From: Phoronis australis | Taxonomy: Eukaryota > Animalia > Phoronida | Direction of reading: 5' to 3' | DNA length: 64,000 nt | Assembly: GCA_002633005.1 (NCBI GenBank) | Contig: NMRA01000489.1 | Location: forward strand, 244,710 to 308,709 | Shown here: positions 39,201 to 50,100 of the stretch, one piece after another | Layout of the letters: every line of letters starts with the position of its first letter | Numbering within the stretch: position 1 is the stretch's first letter | Notes under the pieces: generated by a model | The model's database searches: none | What the model saw: the letters and a program-made list of their open reading frames with translations, nothing else | What the model was told of the DNA's origin: nothing | Position numbers and translations under genes: made by a program

Positions 39201-42200
39201 ACATTGTCAATTTTTGACATTGATAGTGATTCAATGAATTTTGCCAAAACTTGGAACAGATGTACATGTGTTGGGATTGGCTGGGTCTAGATGATTTTTG
39301 GGTGGATTTGACTATATAGTTAGAGGCTGTACAGTTTTCAACACATGAAATTCTTTGTGTGTCACATATTTTGGCAAAACCTCGACTCAAAGATTTTTGA
39401 CTGGGAAGCACAGTGTCACCAATTGATTATCGGCCGGATTTAACGTACAGCGGAACCTCTTGTAGGCCATTTTAATTTTCACGAGGGACCTAGTACAGCT
39501 GAAAATTCAGTCAAGCCAAAACCCAACTAAATTTGTAAACTGAAGCACAAGTTTCAATTACCCCATTCAGCTGCCAACACAGTAGAGCGCCATCTGGTTG
39601 GGCTGCCAAAAGTCAACAGGCATCAATTGTTTTATGACGTAATGAGGCGTCATAAAGCGATTACATAATAGGTGACCAAGTAGCCCAAGCAGCTGGACTG
39701 AGTTCAATGGGCTATGTGTTGGATGATCAAGTTTTATCTGGACAGGGTTCCTCATGAGCAAGACTTTCTTTGTCGGTCAGTTATTGTCAGAACAGTTTAC
39801 CAGATTTTGATTGAACTATTTATTGTTGTAGATGCAAGATGGGTATGCATGGGTATCAGTTAATTTTCGGATAGATTTGAATACTGTAGCACTGTCTACT
39901 ATTTGGCATTTTAGTTTTTGACAAGATATTGCCTGTGTCTGTTGATTACAATCAAATTAAAGCTGTGCTACAGTTTTTCATGAAATTTTACACAAGGGCT
40001 TAGGACTGGGATGCTCCTACATCTTCATATAATAATTAGATGGATTGGACTGCCGTAGCACCTTCTATTGGCCATTTTAGTTTTTGACAAGTTATTGCTT
40101 GTCTGGTAATTGTAGTCAAAATAGATTGAAAAATTTCTTGATGGACCCCGACATTAAGAAGTGTATGGCAGTCAGTTGCTTCCTGCTTTGATATACTGGC
40201 CAAATTGTACATTGCATGGTTGCATAAACATCCCTACAAGCATTATTACCATTTACGGTGCAGTCATGGATGCATTTCAACACTTTGTATTGTTCTAGTT
40301 AAGTTGACTTCGGTGTATACAATGTCATGAAGCATTTCCTAGGCTTAGATCTTAACTCAAACTGAGAATGGTTCCATTACGACTGCAGGCAATCGGAACA
40401 TTTAGCAAATACACAACTAAAAGTGATTACATAGTCGCTGTTCAGGCATTAATGACAACAATGCCTACAATTTGGGTGTTGATTTTGCAAGTATATTGCA
40501 GGGCAGCATAGTGGCAACTGTGGTGGGTTCATCTGTACTCTATGTTGATTGTCACCTTCTTCAGTTTAGTGAATTATGTTTGTGTTTCAGGATAAAAGTC
40601 AGCTGTGAGAGCTTGTTCCTGCATTTTGTTGAGCCTGGTCAGTTTCTTGACTCTGTTGAGTTTGAAGCTCAACAGCTGTACTGCAAGGAACAACAACCGT
40701 TTTATCAGGTACTGTACACAATGATGTTCATGTTGTTAGAACGTATGTTTAATATTGTGTTCCGGATGTCAACAGAGATTGGCCGGCTTTAATTACCCTA
40801 TTCCCAATTCTCTGCACCAGAAAACTGCAGATCTGCACTTTGGATTAGACAAACAGGAAACAATTTAATGCTGCACTAAAGTTAGTGTCAAATTATTTTA
40901 TTTTGGTGTACACACTTTTACATGTCATAATTTATTCTAGGTTACTATAGCTGCTGTTGAGAAGAGTAAAATCATATCTTGGAAGTGTGATCACTTTAGG
41001 ACTTACCTTTCTGTGAACCCATTCATGGCTGCCATGTTCAATTGCATTCTGGGTAAAGATATAGCCAGCAAACTGTATCACATCCAGGAGTGGTTGATCA
41101 AAGACAACAAGCAGCTGATTGGGCCCAGTGGGTCAGTGACTGGTGGGGTCAGAGGTTATAATAGCCAAAGGACTTACTGTAGTAATGACAATCCAGTCAT
41201 AGAGACACGCATGAGGTTCACTGGACCGAGAGGTAATTTATATACATGCTCTCGAGTATTAACTAAGGTAGAGAAAGTTTAAAATAGGCAGATATAGGAC
41301 TTTGGTGGAGTGTTTGAAATTGCGAAATTTGCAAATCAGGTGGAATAGGATACATGAAAATGTCCAAATTTGACTGACTTTGGAACATCTCATCGCATAA
41401 ATGGCCAATTAAATTCACACGAAAAGTGCCAGATACTGTTTATGCACTGTTCAAAAGTCTTAAGGAATTGTTTCACTTTTACATAAACAGTTATTGAAGA
41501 TAGAACTGTTATCGTTAAAGAACTCAAAAAGTTGCACAAAACAAAACAAAACAAAAACAAAACGCAATGAACAGGTTTAGAAAATTGTACAGCGTTTTTG
41601 AGGTTTCGTCTTGAACATATCAAACAAAATTTGGTCATGTCATTGATACCATTGCATTGCTATCAGACAAGAGTATGCCTTTCTTTTAAACTAAATTTGA
41701 CTAAAATGACATGGCCACACGACCCAATCAAGACTACATAGGACCGTATCAACAAGCCCAAGCATTTGACCAAATACCTACAGTCCGGAAGAATTAAACT
41801 GTGGGTAAAAGTATGTATTTACTGAAAGTAGAAAGCCTGTAGAATTTGACATTTGATTTTATGCCAATCTGTGATTAATTGGGTCACGTGACCATATATT
41901 TTTAGTAAAACTTACCAATGAAAAAGGAAACTCGGTATAATGTATGTTCATAGCAAAACAGTGATATTAACAACATGGCCAATATAAATGCTAAAGATGT
42001 ACTCCCAAAAACGCTGTTAGTTTTCTGAAATATTGCAATATGTTTTACTTTTATATAACTTTTGAGTGTCTTGATAAAAAATCATGTACCTAGTCCTATT
42101 TTTGATAGCAGCCCTCTCACAAAATTGGAATATATTAAACACAATTCCTAAAAGCATAGTGGAGAACTGTGCGTAAAGCATAGCATGTAAAAGTTTAATG

Positions 42201-43713
42201 AATCTCATCGGTTATTCATGAGATGTGATATTGTGAAGTTAGTCAAATTTGGACATTTTTTCTAGGGTCACACATAACCTTAATGATAGTTTGGTAATAA
42301 AGTAAAAAAATCAAATTCTACAGGATGTCTACTTTCAGATAAGATATACCTTAACCTTTACTTAGTAGTTTGCCCAATATTATTCAAGTTTGCCCAATAT
42401 TATTCAAGTTTGCCCAATATTATTCAAGTTTGCCCAATATTATTCAAGTTTGCCCAATATTATTCAAGTTTGCTCAATATTATTCAGGTTAGCCTAATAT
42501 TATTCATGCTTTTTGGGCTTACCTTGCATAAGGTTATGTTGGACCCTAAATAAATGTCCCAAATTTCGCTAACTTCACGTCATCATATTTCACAAACTGC
42601 GACCGATCGGATTCATTTCAAGTTTTTAGATACCATGCTTTATGCGTTGTTCTCCTAAACAGTTGGGAATAATTTGTTTTTAAAATGTTCCATTATGCAT
42701 GAGAGGTTTTCAAAAATGCGACTTTTAGTGATTTTTTTGAAAAATCAAAATTTACATGAAACGAAAATGAAATGATTATTTAGAAAACTGTAACAATGTT
42801 TTTGCGATTTCATCTTGAACATGTATATCAAACAATATTTACCCATAAGTTCATGATACAATTGTTTTTGGCTTATGAAAATTGCACCAGTTTCTTTTTT
42901 GGCTAAATTTTACTAAAACACACAGTCATGTGACTCCAGTTAAAGGGAGATTGGTCAAACATCAAATTCTACAGGACTTCAACTTTCAGAAAATGTATAA
43001 TATTATTAATATATTATACTACGGTAAAGTCGCGTGATTTTCGGACGGCCCGCCCGTATAGTTTTGAAGATATTAGGGCAAATACATGGACTTGTCACTA
43101 AGGTCCTACACTAAACCTTGAGGTTCCTCACTATAGCTTGGCTCACCTTACTAGCTGTGTGGCATGTCTTCTTAGTATTTTAAAGCACTTTAGTGTACCA
43201 CACGAGCTACATTGTCATGTGCAAACAGGACATGAAATGTGTTTAGTTTTGATCTCTAATCGGTTAGAAAACTAGTTTGGTGAAGTAATTTTCCATTAGA
43301 TTGCGAGCTTGAATTATGTTAATGGGCAGCCGTTTTATTCAAGCATGCGTGGCAATGGTCGCCAAGAGGCAAGATTTTAAAAGCATAGAATTCAATGATG
43401 AAACAAAGGCTGGTCCAACAAGCTTATTCAGTATTGTTTGATAAGTCTGATTTAACCTTACTCATCGGTAGTCTCTTTTTCAAGCTAACGAGCAATGATT
43501 AACAATGGAGCAAGGAAATTCAATCTTGAAGAAAATGTCAAATAACATGGCCATACTATTAAGCTTGAGCAAATTTGGTCAAATTTAGTCACTAACCTAA
43601 CGGTTGAGTATGGACTTACATTTTCTGTCATTACAGGGGAGGCGTACTGGTTTGGTCAAAAACAACAAAGTCATCTTTCGCTGTCGGATACTGCATTTGA
43701 AACCAGCGTGTGA
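16013..43713 (+). CDS. BVES: Popeye-domain protein, BVES/POPDC1-like, gene model join(16013..16078,38037..38590,40591..40708,40941..41232,43637..43713), 368 aa
   Basis: Exon lengths 66+554+118+292+77=1107 nt, phases 0/2/0/1 all compatible. Glycosylatable N-terminus (NWS, NES, NSS), C..W...H.VF.LAN box, three hydrophobic segments, Popeye domain (FLDSVEF...YQVT...LGKDIASKLY), no DIRLP. Confidence 0.8.
16750..16946. repeat. 48-bp tandem repeat, 4 identical copies
   Basis: Unit actttgtgtctgcagttatactctactttcctctcaagcttaggaatt. Confidence 0.95.
18011..18168. mobile_element. 158-bp GC-rich MITE, 5-bp TSD
   Basis: CAGGGGCAGAT / ATCCGCCACTG imperfect TIR, TGTCC on both sides (18006-18010, 18169-18173). 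Confidence 0.8.
20685..21206. mobile_element. PIF/Harbinger-like MITE family B, copy 1
   Basis: 18-bp TIR aggccccttcatactaac / gttagtatgaaagggcct (17/18 match), 3-bp flank TAC on both sides. Confidence 0.8.
21594..22120. mobile_element. Probable MITE, CpG-rich, degenerate TIR
   Basis: taaggtcgctttcccatg at the left end and catgaaagcgaattaa at the right, with internal aacttcg/cgaagtt repeats. Confidence 0.45.
23280..23732. mobile_element. TA-flanked MITE family A, copy 2 (same orientation)
   Basis: Diverged direct copy of 15142-15587. Confidence 0.75.
26694..27586 (+). mobile_element. Helentron-associated (HINE/DINE-like) non-autonomous element with internal ~150-bp tandem units
   Basis: 5' T-run plus sub-terminal IR atgcgcccac (26699-26708) / gtgggcacat (27552-27561), 3' stem-loop caacgc-tct-gcgttg (27564-27578), terminal ctcttgtt. 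About six diverged internal units. Related decayed pieces near 2130-2360, 4950-5425, 10900-11310, 22340-22860 and 39005-40150. Confidence 0.7.
28038..28521. mobile_element. PIF/Harbinger-like MITE family B, copy 2 (inverted)
   Basis: aggccttttcatactga / gttagtatgaaaggccc ends. Internal gttaacttcaatccaggacc is the reverse complement of ggtcctggattgaagttaac in copy 1. Confidence 0.75.
29052..29308. repeat. Tandem duplication, 131-bp unit x2
   Basis: tgtattcaaaagttcaattgcc...aaccaatggtatcat starts at 29052 and again at 29183, nearly identical. Confidence 0.92.
30201..30348. repeat. 148-bp near-perfect inverted repeat (fold-back)
   Basis: cagaaaaattgattcaaatactggaatttgcttacttgagttagcga / tcgctaactcaagtaagtaaattccagtatttgattcaatttttctg. 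Confidence 0.92.
32070..32530. repeat. 24-bp minisatellite spanning an assembly gap (N at 32290-32411)
   Basis: Unit tgtaggttatagtcaacattgcac on both sides of 122 Ns. Confidence 0.95.
34217..35227 (+). mobile_element. ~1-kb interspersed element family C (HINE/Helitron-like non-autonomous), copy 1
   Basis: Colinear with the reverse complement of 61022-62142. Repeated cacttggcgaaattaac-gaaaagacgacga motif, (gay)n tract, aaac microsatellite, end ttcgccaagtaataa. Confidence 0.8.
36240..36277. repeat. (CA)n microsatellite
   Basis: About 19 CA units. Confidence 0.97.
36370..36586 (-). mobile_element. tRNA-derived SINE, copy 1
   Basis: Minus strand: A box TGGCTCAATGG, B box GGTTCAAATCC, body tactggc..acaatc..cattgcacaaa..gtgtct.ctactcctctgagctc shared with 58940-59153, A/T-rich tail. 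Confidence 0.8.
38037..38590 (+). CDS. BVES-like exon: transmembrane segments and start of Popeye domain
   Basis: tttcag|TAT...GGCAG|gtatac. CFHWQQAQHIVFQLANVVFMISFLAP...FLRG...W...C.PD...WNVAFL.VN..H...YP.RF..EIE.LY.RLFKP...Y..E......LSLL..GR matches the Popeye family. Confidence 0.95.
40591..40708 (+). CDS. BVES-like exon with the phosphate-binding cassette (DSPE-equivalent DSVE)
   Basis: tttcag|G ATA...TAT CAG|gtactg, 118 nt: (R)IKVSCESLFLHFVEPGQFLDSVEFEAQQLYCKEQQPFYQ. Confidence 0.93.
40941..41232 (+). CDS. BVES-like exon: end of Popeye domain and C-tail
   Basis: ttctag|GTT...AGA G|gtaatt, 292 nt: VTIAAVEKSKIISWKCDHFRTYLSVNPFMAAMFNCILGKDIASKLYHIQE... Confidence 0.9.
41360..43000. mobile_element. 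Cluster of related fold-back repeat segments in alternating orientation
   Basis: tgtccaaatttgactgactt (41361) / aagttagtcaaatttggaca (~42236-42255) / tgtcccaaatttcgctaacttcac (~42555), and ctgaaagtagaaagcctgtagaatttga (41822) / tcaaattctacaggacttcaactttcag (~42962-42989). A related piece lies at ~7470-7590. Confidence 0.6.
42367..42507. repeat. 20-bp tandem repeat, ~7 copies
   Basis: Unit agtttgcccaatattattca. Confidence 0.95.
43637..43713 (+). CDS. BVES-like terminal coding exon (not in ORF track)
   Basis: ttttctgtcattacag|GG. The phase-1 join gives (G)EAYWFGQKQQSHLSLSDTAFETSV, TGA at 43711-43713. Confidence 0.72.
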
Positions 43714-45230
43714 ATCCCGACGATGGGTTATATGTCTATGCAATCCATGTACGTGAATTGTATTCCACCGGTATTATCTGTGATACATTTTGCAGGAGAA
43801 TTCATCAGTATATCCCAATGACAACACTACGTTATTTATACAGTCACCTTATTCACGCAGTCGCCATGTTACTAAGAGCCTCCTTTTAGGATTTAAAAAC
43901 AAATGCACCCTGCGCTTAGTCACAGCACAAAACGTGCTTTTTTGCCTGTCTCGTTATATTTATGTCTCAATTGTATTGTACCTAAAAAGAGGCTCTTTTT
44001 AAAATTACGATTGCATGAATAAGGTCTATTGATGTCTCATGACAGTAAAATGTTCATGACCTGCTATAATCTGTTATCTGTGCATTCAATCTGTTACCGT
44101 TTACAAACTATTTTAATATCATTAAAAACATAAAATTTTATGCTCTGTTAGTATACTACGTGTGACACTTTGGCTCAGTCATCAGACAGTGAGCTAAGAC
44201 TGCATTACACAGAATACCACTTTCTGAGTTAGTGGTGACCAAAAGCTTCTTCCTGAAATTGTACATCGTCCTCTCGGAGTCTGTGGTATACCCACAATGC
44301 TGCTGTGGGGCACTTGGTCCGCAACTGTACACTGCTGCCACGTTTATCACCATTTTGCATCAGTGTACATCATCAGTTTTACAACCAAAAAACGCACTCT
44401 ACGATCCGTGGTAAAGCAATAGAATTTGAGGCATATCAGTAAAGGAATAACAGTTGCAATACGCATTAGGGCGAGCACAGGCTGATAGCTACGAACTGAA
44501 CTGTTTGCCTCATTGCCAAGTGAATCGCAGCTGAGCTCAGGCATGTCAAGGCGAGAACAACAGAGTTAACTAGCAGGTTGTTCATCCAACTGTATTTTAA
44601 CCTTGGCAAGAGCTGTCTGCTGAGCTGATTCATGTAAGGCAGATTGCTGAGCTCACAGCAATCTGTCCGACTGTGCTCACCCTCATTTCCCTTTTGTTCC
44701 GTTGTATTTAACTGATTTTTGTCGTTCAAATTATGAGATTCGTTTTTCAATGACGAATTTAGTTTTTAATAGACTGCACTGTCTAAAAAGGTTGGGGAAG
44801 AATGATGCCACGAACTGCCAACTATTATTTTTGGCAACTATCTGTTCCCCAATTCTCAAACATGTCCAGGCACTGTGGCTAATGGCTATTGTAGTGGTTG
44901 CCAGTTGGGGAGGCTAGATGTTGTAGCTGATGTGTTCGAGGGAACTGCGTCTATGACTGTTTACTTTTTGTTTGCTCAACAGAGATGTTGGCTGTCAATA
45001 ATAAACCAATAGTATTTTAGAATGCATGAAGCCAACCGTGCACTATATGACAGCGAGGAATGAGATTACAGGATTACAGGCATATTTTTGTTACCAATTT
45101 CAATTCAGACAAAGGTCAAGGGTCAAGTGTGGGAACACCTTTCTTGAAAGAGCAACTATGTCTTGTGAAGTAAAGACAGTTGTTTTTAACATCAGAATAT
45201 TAATTGTTTTACGGCATGTCAAGTGGTCTG

Positions 45231-45310
45231 AATAAAAAAAAAACATTTTTAACAAGAGTGGGAGTCACAGCAGCTTTTAACCAATGACATTATGAAGTTG
45301 AATATTTATT
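45231..45310. terminator. Candidate opposed polyadenylation signals of the convergent genes
   Basis: AATAAA on + at 45231-45236 and on - at 45310-45305. Other candidates on + are ATTAAA 44121, AATAAA 45000 and AATAAA 45354. Such hexamers are common in AT-rich DNA. Confidence 0.25.
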
Positions 45311-47193
45311 AACTTTCAATTCAAATTTTAAGTGGTGTTTATACATTCAAGTGAATAAATGAAAAGCAACGACATGGCAACAGCTTCATAATGAAGTAGT
45401 TCTGAAAAAAGTTGACAAAATCCCTACTTCTTGAAAATTGGCAAAGCTTAGTGGCAAAACATTTGATGTCTTGCTGTTGGCGGATATCCTCACTATGATG
45501 GAATGGCAAAAATTTGAAAAAAAAAATTGTCAACTTTTTTGAAAACTACTTGAATCAATCAAGACTGTTACAGATATGTACAAACTGGCAGCAATGCTTC
45601 CATGCAAGTCTCGTTAAAGCCTACTTTGAAAGGTACTTGTAACAGCAAAACTTAAGTCTCTTTAAATTAAAAACACATTATGGTGGAACAGTAAAATTTT
45701 ATTCCATCAAAAAATTTCTAGAATATGATCAGTTGAAAACTTTGTATAGTATGGCTGTCATTAAAAACCAAGATGACATTTTGAATAATTTTGGCAGTGC
45801 AGCATTTGGAAAAACAAAAAAATTGAACACTACTTTTGTTTGAATTCAAGGAAACTATACGGAAACGCATATTCAGCATCACCAATGCCAAAAATTGACC
45901 TTATCACAAGCTCAGAGCCCTAGCGAAATATCGAGAAGCTAACAACTTTTACCTGGCAACGTGTTGTTTGTCAGATAAAATGGCAGCTTGGAAACTAAGG
46001 GTGTCAAGAATGCTGCGTTCTGATTGGTCAGTTATTGGCAAATGTAATGAATGGTTATACAAAGTTATCGCTTTACTTGAAACCCGGAATATTTAATGGT
46101 TTTCTATTAAGACCCCTATTAAATGCAGCTACTAAATTTAATCTTTGGTTCCATGCTCTCTTATATCAAGTGAAATTAACTCCAAATATCACACAGCAGG
46201 ACTTCAATTTCTAAAGTTTAATTGCCAGTCTTTCATAGTCACATTTTGACATCAACAATCTATGTGATACTACGACATTCTACTGGAACGTTCTACACAG
46301 TACTCCAGTCATGGTAGACTATCTAAGGTGTTACTTCAACATTATAGAAAACAACAAGACCCACACAGTAGGAGTCCAGGTATAAGCACTGTAGGAAGGT
46401 CAAATTTCAGAATATAATTGAGATGCCTCACACTGGCACAAACAACAACTTGAAGTTTTCACCTATTCAACATACAACATGGCTGACGAGTCAATTCTAT
46501 TTTATCTAATTTCTTCTCAAAAAAGATAAGGAAAATTTAGTCTGTTGCTAACATGGGTTTTACTGCGTAGACAGACGTATGTCATAAAACATAGTAAATT
46601 TTCCAATTTTTTGCATGAAATAAGTGGGAATTACAATTACCATTAGCATTCCGTATAAAGATACAGAATGTCTTGGCTTGTCAATCTTTCCCAGTATTCA
46701 TTCTACATAGATTGGTTCATTCCAAATTAAGAAAATAAAGGAAGTGATACTAAGTAGACGGGCTACTTTAAAACGGAAACTCCTAGCATTTCTTATTAAA
46801 GGGATATCTCCTATTAGTCCACGAATTTCCTCGTTTTTCTCAAACCATGCACATTTTTCTTAGTAATACACTTAATTATCAAAACAATAATAATTCACAC
46901 AACGAGACAGCAGATAATAACAATTCCAACTTCATAAAATTTGAACTGGTGTAAACTCTAGTGCTCTCAACTAGACCACTAAGTAACAGTAACAGTAAAT
47001 ATACAATCGCACATAAAATTTCACGTTAAACTTGCCTTTTTATATACCTCATAATCCTGTTTTTGGAGCATATCCACCTTACCACATTTCTTGACCCATG
47101 TTGTCCATACTAAAATGGTCAGTCATGTATACACTAGCAGCTAATTTTCCAGTACGTACAAAAATTGTTCTTTGCTGAAAGGATTTGTTTACA

Positions 47194-47199
47194 CTAAAG
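47194..47199 (-). CDS. B4GalNAcT probable last exon: one Leu codon plus TAG, then 3' UTR
   Basis: Strong acceptor gttttcttttgtcttgtacag|CTT TAG. Alternatively the previous exon reads through its donor to VSL-TGA (stop at 50045-50043). Confidence 0.55.
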   Translation of the reverse strand, partial: L

Positions 47200-50100
47200 C
47201 TGTACAAGACAAAAGAAAACTGACAACATGACCTGTTATTCCGCATCATGAGGGCCGAGCACAAGCAGAATTCCATGACACACACCTCTTCGAACTGCGT
47301 CACTTTCCTCAGATTAACATGTCAAGGAGTGCTCCTTTAAGTAATCTTCAGTAATTGTGTTTCAAGACACTAGCCACTCTGAGGTGACTGAAGAGTGCCT
47401 GACAGGCGCAGACAGTAAATTGAGCACTTTCACCAAACTTTACTCAGTCCCTTTAATTACTGGAGAATTAATAACTATTCAGGATGACTTTGTGCGAGAA
47501 CACCACAGCATACTTAAGTGAAAGGGCTTGAAATCTAGAGTAATTCTCAGCGCTCCAGATAGTACTCAAGAAAGTGAAACCACCAATAATCTAGAGTAAT
47601 TCTCAGTGCTCCAGCTACTACTCAAGAAAGCGGGATCACCAATAATTCCTGAGTATAATTTCAAGCGAGCTTGGGGAAAATTACTCGGAAAATTATAGTT
47701 AAAAAAAGGACTCGATACGTAAAAAATATTTTAAGCCTTAAGTTCACAATTTCATAACTTAATGTACAAATTACATACCCTGCAATTATTTACTTGAAAA
47801 CCTTGCAGATGACAACAACCTCCTTTACTGGACTGTAGAGTGCGCTAGGTTCTAAAATGTGCATAATTTTTTTGTGCCAAGGACTTCGATAACAACTTGA
47901 GAATAGTTCTTGAGTGTGAGTATGTCTTTAAGGGATTTGAGTTAAGTACGGTGGTCTCGAGTATAAACTGCGCAAGTGCACTTTAAAATGAAGTGTAAGT
48001 AATGTAAGGGTGTTAGAAATGTTTGGTGGTAATGCTTTTTGATTTTGGGACGAGGCTTGATGTTCGTAAAAAAATGTATTCCAACCCTAACCCCACACTA
48101 GTCACAACTAAAGGTCATCACTGACACGTGACTAAACAATTAGTCATGACTACCGTAGAATGTGACAAGGATGCCTTATAATATACCAAAAGCACTCGAG
48201 CGAAACCTTTCATCCCAACTGGGCGTGCAACTCTGAGTGTAATGGACACACGCACACTGCAGCCATACAATACAAATATGAATAAATAAATGAGCCCAGT
48301 CTCGGATCCATTTCACAGGCTTTATACAACTGTGCACCATCACCTCTCCATCACCTTGTCAGCCTATAAACACTGCTGCTATGTCTGAAAAACAAACAGA
48401 CCATTCTTTATTTGGTGCAAAATACCAATGAATAGGACAACTTGACTTTTGAACTCATCTCAAACAGAAGGTTGTAGAATATTTGAACAATTTACACTGT
48501 ATTAGTTTGAAGGAAGGCTAACATTTTTGGAGTTATCTTTACTAAATGCACAAATCCAAAGGCATATAATTATAGTTAGCTACTATTCCCTGGTCCTTGT
48601 ATGCATACAATAGTGAAGAGATATATGACAATTCTCCACTTACTTTGCTAAAAAATAATTGTCAAAAGTGTTACTTTTCCAAAGCTGATTTGATGACATC
48701 CAAACCCTGCTAGTAACAGGTTTCTTGATCTTTATTTTGTGGGGAAATTTGACAAAAAAATTTAATTTCTCAGCCATATTTTGTGTGCCCTAAAAAGCGA
48801 AGAGTTACCACTGTCAATCCAACAACCTGTTTCCCACACCCTGTTACTGCATTTCACTTTCACGGAGCAAACAAAATGGTCCACAGTCTCTGTTCAATGC
48901 CGACTCAATAATTTGAACACAGAAATTTTTCTCTTACCAAGGTACCTTAGGTAAGGATTAAGTTTATGCATTTTAGCCAATGACGGGAACATTTTATAGA
49001 AAATCCAATTTAAACAAAATTAGACCTAAAATGTCTAAATATACATATAACACTTATATCAGGATACCAGTGACTAAAGTTTATTTTAACACCCAAGCAT
49101 GGAAGATTGCAATGCTTTCCACTAGTAATGACCTTTACATTGACTCAAATAAGACATGCCCGCACAAGCACGTGTACGAACACACACATTATATAGTGAG
49201 GTAAAAAAGAGCCATGTTATCCCCATGAGAAGCTTGCATAAAAGTTGGGCCATAATACTATAAATCATATTATTGCCGTCATTGAACACAGGAAAGAAAG
49301 ATGTCCCCTAGGTATGAGCAACATCCCTAGTAATATATTGAGAAAACTCTCTCATGAACATTAAATGGTATTGTGTAGGCGCAGTCGCATAAATAATGGT
49401 GATGTTTATTAAAACATTTTCATTTTGGTGATGAAATAGCAACTTCAGTTATCAACAAAACTAACAAAACAACAGATAACCTTGTTGGAAAAGATGCATT
49501 TCAACCTGTTTAGTGGTTAAAAACAAAAAAATGAATTATACCTCATTAGTAGTCTCATAATATCAGTCTCACAATATCAGTCTCACAATATCAGTCTCAC
49601 AATATCAGTCTCACAATATCAGTCTCGCATCAGTCTCACAATATCAGTCTCATAATATCAGTCTCATAATATCAGTCTCATCACATTGCTTACACTGATA
49701 CGGTTCTATTTCCATCACCAACAAGTTAATATCAAAATCATCAAATGCCTTAAGAAAACGCTTCAGAGTTCACTGGGGTTGGACAACCCTGAAATTCCGA
49801 ATTTGAAAATGGCCCATACGCGTTTATTTACCAATGACTTGAACTGGAATAATTATAGAAATAGGACCCTATCACGGTAAGGAATATAATTAGTCTGACT
49901 GATTTTATGAGGGTAAACGTGCCAATTCCATTTTCGATTTTTAGCCAGTTAAGTAAGGCAAAATGCTGTTTCAACCGAATCAAAGGTAGATTTTAGTTAA
50001 CCGTGCTTCATCCCCAGATTTAAGCCACAGAATACAGTGACGTCACAGGCTTACCTTCATGACTTCCTTCTCATCAATTTCAACGTTGACCCACGTGAAT

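Noticed and set aside
47383-47435. Hammerhead-ribozyme-like ggtga-CTGAAGA-stem(gtgcct/aggcgc)...tcacc
   Set aside because: The required GAAA after helix II reads AGAC and helix III is weak. My visual scan found no intact CTGANGA...GAAA core on either strand, including near the Penelope remnant.
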